The position numbers and the translations under genes are program-made. This document shows positions 1 to 4,983 of a stretch of DNA of 4,983 bases, piece after piece. Location: IMG/VR virus record IMGVR_UViG_3300029181_000093, positions 1 through 4,983 of that record; one strand, given 5' to 3'. Numbering within the stretch: position 1 is the stretch's first letter; each line of letters opens with the position of its first letter. The stretch is from a virus. Taxonomy: Duplodnaviria; Heunggongvirae; Uroviricota; Caudoviricetes. A model generated the notes under the pieces. That model did no database searches. It had not been told where the DNA came from and worked only from the letters and a program-made list of their open reading frames with translations.

Positions 1-157
1 CAGCCGGAATATCTGGCGGTGCAATATCGGTACTGTTTGCTGGCAGACCTGTATGAGGCGGAATATATGCGTCACCTTCACCAATAAATTCATTAGTTCC
101 GGCCAGCAGATTATAAATTTTTATGGTCCGTGGTTGTTCACTCATTCTGAATGCCAT
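1..157 (-). CDS. tfa: Tail fibre assembly protein Tfa, N-terminal 52 codons only; the 3' end lies beyond the left window edge
   Basis: Reverse-complement translation from the ATG at 155-157 gives [52 protein letters not shown], matching phage lambda Tfa N-terminus as I recall it. Its ATG overlaps the stf stop in a TAATG arrangement, as in lambda stf-tfa. It is absent from the ORF track because it is cut by the window edge. Confidence 0.9.
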
Positions 158-3100
158 TATGCAAGCCTCACAATATAGTTAAATGCGATGTTTTTGACGG
201 TGTTTTCCGCGTTACCAGCAGCGTTAACGGTGATGGTGTGTCCATGTGAACCAATCGCAACGGAGTGCGTGTGTGCACCAATACCGACAGTATGTGCGTG
301 TGCACCTGCAGATGCTGCTGTGCCGGACAGTGAGTGGCTATGGTTACCATCTGTACTGGTATTAGCTAACGCCCCCGTAGACATACCTACTGAGCCTTGT
401 ACACCCCAGGTATTTTGACCTGAGCTTGTATAACCATATTGATAAGTATCTTTAAAAACACTGGGGTTAAATCGACGGCCATCTCTATGGCTGTGATTAC
501 CAGCTGCATTCGTGCTGCCACTTAAACTATGGGTATGCGCACCAGTGTTATTCGTGGATTTAGTGCCGTAATCAAACGACGATGTGGTTTTCGTCCCCAA
601 ATCCGTACTGGATGCGCTGGCGCTGTGGGTATGCGATTTTATGCCGTCCTGTTCCTGAGACAATACGGCACGACCACTGGCGGGCTTGCCCTTAATCGTC
701 CAGCCACGCATATCAGGGATCACGCCTGACGGATAAGCGGCTGCAAGTTTCGGGTAGGCAGATTTGTCAAAAGTCTGCCCCTGCATCAGGGCATAACCAG
801 ACGGAACGGTATCTGATGGCCACGGGATTGGTGCGCCGACTGGGTAGCTTTCTGGTGGAAGATTTTTCGAGGTATAAACTTCTGCCCAGTCTTCCTCAAA
901 ACCATAACCGTCTCTTGAAGAACGGTAGAACAGACCACCATTTCTGTAATGCGCCTTCATCTGCAGGGTCCGGCAACTTCCGACTCCGGTATAGAAGTTA
1001 ACCAGAATATAGCTGTCGCCAGAGCGGGTGACATTATAAGCGCCTGATTCGGCATTCCAGGGAACGCCACCATCCGCATCGGCATATGTATCCGTTGCCC
1101 TTCTGGCAAAAGCAGCCACATGCGCGGCGGTTAAAGTAATATCTTTGGAACCATCAAACTCAACACCAGAAACCCGTCTTGGCGTTTGCAGCTTTGTTGC
1201 TGTTAATGCATTACCGTTCAGACTTGCGGACAGTTTGGTTCCAATAACCAGTTCGCCGGTTGCGTTATCAATAGCAAACGGTCTTAATGTATTCCAGCCA
1301 CCATAAACATCACCTTGATTGGTAAGCAGCAGGTAAGTTTTAGCGCCATCATTACGCCATAATGCCCCATACTCCCCACCTATCATTCGAATCTGATTAC
1401 CACCACGCGCTACAATTTCGTCTGTGGCAAAAAGTTTTTTGCACGACAAGTTATCGTTAACGATTAACGAATGAGACTCATAAAAACCACGCCCACTCTT
1501 AAAATCAAGGATAACGTCCGCCGCGATACATTCAGTCGCCGGATTTGTTGCCCCAAACTTATAGGTCGTATCATTAACAACGAGATCAGCACCAGGTGCG
1601 GATATTGACAGGCCATCTTCGATAAACGCAAAAACAGGGAAAGCAGCGCCATCAACATAGAACACAGAGCGCAAATCATCGCCCTTATTACTCATCATTA
1701 TTGAGTGGATGGCTCGTTCATTGTTTTGATATTGCCAGAACATTCCATAAGCATAACGCCCCCTGTCAGTCCAGCCACCAGGCATAACAAATCCGTTAAA
1801 CTCGCAGTTATTCATCGGATCGCCTGCGGTTCGCGTTGCCGTGGTGATAATGACCCTTGATGCCAGTTCGCTTACTGAGCCAGCAGAACGCATAACAACA
1901 ACAGGGTAATATTTTCCAGATGTTGCACCTGCAGGAGCGTTAACCCGCACATAACGCATACCACGCTTATCAGCAAAGTCTGTTTTACTGACCGCGTTAA
2001 TGTTGTTCAGGAAGCGTCCCTTATCGGGTATATCCGCACCGTTCTGGTCTTTCTGCAGACGTTTCTCAGCATTGTCATAGGCTGTTTTTACTGCCTTTGG
2101 TGTCGCGGCAAGCGTTTCAGACGTGCTGTTGGTCGCGCTGCTTAGCTGGATTATCCCTTTCTGTGCTGTCGTTGCATCCTGTGCGGTGTATTTCCCGTTA
2201 GCCAGGTCATACGCGGCCTTAACGGCTTTTGGTGTTGCCGCCAGTGACTCGGAAGTGCTGTTAGTCGCACTACTGAGCTGTACTATCCCCTTTTTCGTCG
2301 TGCTCGCATCCTCAAGCGCCACAGCGGATGCAATATCCTCTGCCCGTTTTGCTGCTGTCTCGGCGCGCGTTGCTGCGGATTCTGCCGTACTCTTGCTCTG
2401 TGCTGCCGCCGTCGCACTGCCAGCAGCCTCTGTTGCCTTCGTGGATGCCGTCGTGGCGCTGCCCTTCGCTGCTGACGCTTGTCTGGTCGCCTCATCTTTT
2501 GAAGCAGACGCCGATGAGGCCGATGACGCCGCCGAACTGGCGGACGATGCGGCAGCCGTTTTTGAGGATTCTGCGCTGGTTTCCGACGCTTTCGCGTTCG
2601 TTTCGGATGTCTTTGCTGCGGAAGCTGACCTCGCTGCTGCGCTGGCCTGTTCAGTGGCTTCGCCAGCCTTCGTTGTGGCTGTTGAAGCAGACGATGCGGC
2701 ACTTTCTGCCGACTTTCCGGCAGCGGTGGCACTGGCTGAGGCCTGCCCGGCACTTGTTGATGCGGCACTGGCAGATGATGCAGCCGCTGTTTTTGAGCCT
2801 GCCGCAGCTGAGGCACTCTGTCCCGCTGCCGTTTCAGAAGACCTGGCGTTCGTCTCGGACGTTTTTGCCGCCTTCGCGGAATTTCCTGCCGCCGTTGCCG
2901 AGGAAGCTGCGCTACTGGCGCTCGAGGATGCGTTCGTTTCTGATGATTTTGCCGCCTCTTTTGAAGCCGACGCATCCCGGGCTGAGGTGGCAGCTTCTGA
3001 CGCTTTCGTAGTCGCGGTGGATGCAGAAGTGGCTGCTGATTGTTGTGACGCTGCAGCATTCGTTTCTGACGTTTTCGCGGCACTGGCACTGGTAGCTGCC

Positions 3101-3459
3101 GCGCTTTTTGAGGACTCTGCAGCGGCAGCACTTTTTTCCGCTTCAGTGGCCTTTGTTGATGCCGTTCCTGCGCTGGAAGACGCTGACTGAGCCGACGAAG
3201 CGGCCTGTCCGGCTGACGTGCTGGCTGCGCGTGCTGAGCCTGCAGCATCAGTCGCATGGGTTGCCGCCTCACGGGCAGATGTGCCGGCATCGCCGGCTGA
3301 CTTCTTCGCGGCTGCCGTGTTCTGTGCCACCGCGGACGCGTTACGCGCCACCTCTTCCACCATCAGTTCAAAACGGCGCAGAGCCTCCGGACGGGCCTCA
3401 TCCTCCGTCATGGCACCGAGAAAATCATTCAGCGTACCGGGTCGGGAATCTTCATACAC
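157..3459 (-). CDS. stf: Side tail fibre protein Stf, long mosaic variant of 1100 aa, N-terminally truncated relative to lambda Stf
   Basis: A 3303-nt minus-strand ORF. Residues 1-40 ([13 protein letters not shown]...[12 protein letters not shown]) align with lambda Stf from about residue 79. It is followed by an Ala/Ser/Thr-rich shaft with recurring KTSETNA motifs, two tandem copies of the phage fibre repeat KGI(V/I)[11 protein letters not shown](S/T)LAATPKAVK, and a C-terminal region with [13 protein letters not shown]...[16 protein letters not shown] and clustered HxH motifs, ending [11 protein letters not shown] like lambda Stf and T4 gp37. The first codon is GTG; start choice is uncertain because the next in-frame ATG is at codon 17. 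Confidence 0.88.
2068..2292 (-). repeat. Tandem duplication (2 copies of about 132 bp, 44 aa) of the phage tail-fibre repeat motif inside stf
   Basis: Stf residues 390-433 and 434-464 are near-identical ([29 protein letters not shown] versus [29 protein letters not shown]). The corresponding DNA shows a clear direct repeat. This is coding, not CRISPR. Confidence 0.8.
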
Positions 3460-3652
3460 GGTGATGGTCCCGGCATGTGACGGCGGGAACGGGCGCTGAA
3501 TAATGCTCTTTCCGCTCTGCCATCACTTCAGCATCCGGACGTTCGCCAATTTTCGCCTCCCACGTCTCACCGAGCGTGGTGTTTACGAAGGTTTTACGTT
3601 TTCCCGTACTCGCACCGAAAATGTCAGCCAGCTGCTTTTTGTTGACTTCCAT
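3452..3652 (-). pseudogene. nu1: Chimeric terminase remnant: small terminase Nu1 codons 1-15 fused in frame to about 41 codons from the interior of large terminase gene A, terminating out of frame inside stf-homologous sequence
   Basis: The translation begins MEVNKKQLADIFGAS, the lambda Nu1 N-terminus, with lambda-like upstream sequence and RBS. From codon 16 it reads [41 protein letters not shown], which I recognise as an internal segment of lambda gpA. The last 9 codons ([10 protein letters not shown]) are stf DNA read in the wrong frame. Breakpoints are at about 3605-3608 (Nu1/A) and about 3484-3490 (A/stf). Confidence 0.75.
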
Positions 3653-3674
3653 TGTTCATTCCACGGACAAAAAC

Positions 3675-3795
3675 AGAGAAAGGAAACGACAGAGGCCAAA
3701 AAGCTCGCTTTCAGCACCTGTCGTTTCCTTTCTTTTCAGGGGGTATTTTAAATAAATACATTAAGTTACGACGAAGAAGAACGGAAACACCTTAA
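3675..3795 (-). other. cosB-like terminase binding region with three R elements (R1 3677..3688, R2 3722..3733 inverted, R3 3778..3789)
   Basis: The reverse complement is near-identical to the lambda left end between cosN and the Nu1 start. The R1 and R2 regions form a perfect 15-bp inverted repeat (gaaaggaaacgacag at 3678..3692 and ctgtcgtttcctttc at 3718..3732). R3 carries one substitution relative to lambda as I recall it. Confidence 0.8.
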
Positions 3796-3829
3796 ACCGG
3801 AAAATTTTCATAAATAGCGAAAACCCGCG

Positions 3830-3841
3830 AGGTCGCCGCCC
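3830..3841 (-). other. cosN cohesive-end site (12-nt GGGCGGCGACCT on the minus strand)
   Basis: The plus strand reads aggtcgccgccc, whose reverse complement is GGGCGGCGACCT, the lambda cohesive end. It is flanked on one side by CGCGGGTTTTCGCTATTTATGAAAATTTTCCGG (lambda left end) and on the other by lambda right-end sequence ending ...CGACAGGTTACG. Confidence 0.85.
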
Positions 3842-3892
3842 CGTAACCTGTCGGATCGCCGGAAAGGACCCGCAAAATGATAATAATTATCA
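3842..3892 (-). other. cosQ-side right-end region of cos, including a 15-bp palindrome TGATAATAATTATCA (3878..3892)
   Basis: This matches the lambda right-end terminal sequence with several substitutions. The palindrome is seen directly and has a near-identical counterpart in lambda. The exact cosQ element boundaries are not resolved here. Confidence 0.6.
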
Positions 3893-4040
3893 TCTGCATG
3901 TCACAACGTGCATCTACGCCATCAAACCACGTCAAATAATCAATTATGACGCAGGTATCATATTAATTGATCTGCATCAACTTAACGTAAAAACAACTTC
4001 AGACAATACAAATCAGCGACACTAAATACGGGACAACCTC

Positions 4041-4274
4041 ATGTCAACGAAGAACAGAACCCGCAGAACAACAATCCGCAACATCCGCTTTCCTAACCAA
4101 ATGATTGAACAAATTAACATCGCTCTTGATCAAAAAGGGTCCGGGAATTTCTCAGCCTGGGTCATTGAAGCCTGCCGCCGGAGACTGTGCTCAGAAAAAA
4201 GAGTTTCTCCTGAAGCAAACAAAGAAAAGAGTGACATTACTGAATTGCTCAGAAAACAGATCAGACCAGATTGA
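4041..4274 (+). CDS. Small basic ribbon-helix-helix (Arc/CopG-like) putative DNA-binding protein, 77 aa
   Basis: The ORF starts about 200 bp from cosN and is transcribed away from cos. The N-terminal 50 aa (MSTKNRTRRTTIRNIRFPNQMIEQINIALDQKGSGNFSAWVIEACRRRL) follow a beta-strand, helix, G-S turn, helix pattern typical of RHH folds, and match the lambda right-end ORF as I recall it. The C-terminal tail (CSEKRVSPEANKEKSDITELLRKQIRPD) differs from the lambda counterpart. No strong Shine-Dalgarno is seen. Confidence 0.65.
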   Translation: MSTKNRTRRTTIRNIRFPNQMIEQINIALDQKGSGNFSAWVIEACRRRLCSEKRVSPEANKEKSDITELLRKQIRPD

Positions 4275-4330
4275 AGCAATTTAGATAATCGTGCAGACTA
4301 CGCCCCTCATATCACATGGAAGGTACCACA

Positions 4331-4741
4331 ATGGCTCAGGTTGCCATTTTTAAACAAATATTCGATAAAGTGCGAAATAATTTAAACTATCACTGGTTTT
4401 ATTCTGAACTAAAACGTCACAATGTCTCACATTACATTTACTATTTAGCTACAGAGAATATTCATCTTGTTCTTGAAAACGATAATACGGTTTTAATAAA
4501 AGGACAGGGTAAGGTTGTAAATGTAAGATTTTCAAAAAATAAATGCCTTATAGAAGCCACCTTAAAAGGATTCAAATCAGGAGAGTTATCATTTTACGAA
4601 TACAGGAAAAATCTTGCTACAGCAGGGGTTTTCAGATGGATTACAAATATCCACGAAAACAAAAGGTATTACTATACCTTTGATAATTCATTACTCTTTA
4701 CTGAGAACATTCAGAACACTACACAAATATTTCCGCACTAA
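4331..4741 (+). CDS. ybcV: DUF1398-family protein resembling YbcV of E. coli cryptic prophage DLP12, 136 aa
   Basis: The ATG at 4331 is preceded by GGAAGG (4318..4323) at 7-nt spacing. The ORF-track start at 4316 has no RBS. The product ([18 protein letters not shown]...[31 protein letters not shown]) matches my recollection of YbcV (136 aa). The gene is strongly AT-rich compared with the neighbouring stf. Confidence 0.75.
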   Translation: MAQVAIFKQIFDKVRNNLNYHWFYSELKRHNVSHYIYYLATENIHLVLENDNTVLIKGQGKVVNVRFSKNKCLIEATLKGFKSGELSFYEYRKNLATAGVFRWITNIHENKRYYYTFDNSLLFTENIQNTTQIFPH

Positions 4742-4893
4742 ATCATAACGTCCGGTTTCTTCCGTGCCAGAACCGGACTCGCTGGCATGATGAAATATGT
4801 GTACCCGGTAACCCCGGTGTGCATCGTTTTTGATTATTCCCGCACACTCGCGCAGAAGGAGTTCCCCGTCGGGCTACGGTCTCTGTTAATACG

Positions 4894-4983
4894 GGAACTC
4901 AGCCTGATGTTTTTCAATAAAGACATACTTCATTTCAGGCGCTTCGCGAAGTATGTCGCGGCCTTTTGGAGGATAGCCAGCTC
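4894..4983 (-). mobile_element. IS3-family insertion sequence fragment: 3' end of orfA (insE-like, 4930..4983, partial) and first 13 codons of orfB (insF-like, ATG at 4931..4933), truncated at about 4894
   Basis: The minus strand encodes ...ELAILQKAATYFAKRLK-stop, then ATGAAGTATGTCTTTATTGAAAAACATCAGGCTGAGTTC (MKYVFIEKHQAEF) in the -1 frame with the typical AAATGA overlap. I recognise this as the IS3 orfA/orfB junction. Homology stops abruptly after orfB codon 13, followed by PY-stop, so most of orfB and the far end of the IS are missing. Confidence 0.8.

Noticed and set aside
168-350. 60-aa minus-strand ORF at 168..350, and the 71-aa ORF at 1464..1679
   Set aside because: Both are out-of-frame overlaps within stf on the same strand; the stf frame carries the recognisable homology.
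188-1001. Short plus-strand ORFs at 188..418, 529..729 and 816..1001
   Set aside because: They are antisense to the conserved C-terminal part of stf, with no RBS and no recognisable similarity, so they are probably chance open frames.
2068-2292. CRISPR array suggested by evenly spaced direct repeats
   Set aside because: There are only two copies of about 132 bp, they are in frame and protein-coding (the fibre repeat motif), and there is no spacer architecture or short palindromic repeat.
2123-3190. 355-aa Ala-rich plus-strand ORF antisense to stf
   Set aside because: It lies entirely within the strongly supported stf CDS and its composition is the complement-frame echo of Ala/Ser/Thr codon repeats. 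It has no independent start context.
2283-3290. 335-aa Arg/Pro/Gln-rich minus-strand ORF (alternative frame of stf), together with the 227-aa plus-strand ORF at 2328..3011
   Set aside because: These are alternative-frame readings of the same low-complexity repeat region. The extreme Arg/Pro/Gln or Leu/Pro/Trp composition is not protein-like and most likely an artefact.
3108-3499. Plus-strand ORFs at 3108..3464 and 3218..3499 spanning the stf start region
   Set aside because: They are antisense to the stf N-terminal region, which is conserved with lambda in the minus frame. Their Arg/Pro/Ala-rich composition is a GC-repeat artefact.
3503-3751. 82-aa plus-strand ORF across the Nu1'/A' remnant and cosB
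   Set aside because: It is antisense to the recognisable Nu1 start and A fragment and runs through the cosB R elements, which are DNA sites, not coding sequence.
4316-4330. Upstream ATG at 4316 as the start of the ybcV-like gene (ORF-track start, giving MEGTT-MAQV...)
   Set aside because: There is no RBS upstream of 4316, whereas GGAAGG sits 7 nt upstream of the ATG at 4331. The 136-aa product from 4331 is the length I recall for YbcV.
4750-4778. Hairpin downstream of the ybcV-like gene as a rho-independent terminator
   Set aside because: It has an 8-bp stem but a 13-nt loop and no U-tract on the plus strand, with only a weak U-rich run on the minus strand. I mention it under the IS3 finding but do not call it a terminator.
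4787-4983. Open plus-strand frame from the ATG at 4787 running off the window (MMKYVYPVTPVCIVFDYSRTLAQKEF...)
   Set aside because: It is antisense to the IS3 orfA/orfB fragment, has no RBS and no recognisable similarity, so it is probably a chance frame through the IS remnant.

Overview
This window is a decayed lambda-like (lambdoid) prophage segment, most likely from an E. coli/Shigella-type genome, lying in reverse orientation to the canonical lambda map. On the minus strand, right to left: a cos packaging site (3675..3892), a 66-codon chimeric terminase remnant (Nu1 codons 1-15 fused to an internal fragment of gene A), a long 1100-aa side tail fibre gene stf (157..3459), and the first 52 codons of tfa running off the left edge. 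The whole head and tail morphogenesis block expected between Nu1 and stf is absent. On the plus strand right of cos: a small ribbon-helix-helix-like gene (4041..4274) and an AT-rich YbcV/DUF1398-like gene (4331..4741), then about 150 bp of unassigned DNA and an IS3-family element truncated inside orfB, running off the right edge. I did not find a convincing new multi-gene system. The open questions are the chimeric junction and how the N-truncated stf is expressed, the retained cos site without a terminase, the uncharacterised central stf domain, and the small RHH + DUF1398 pair. All homology statements rest on recalled reference sequences and were not checked by a database search.
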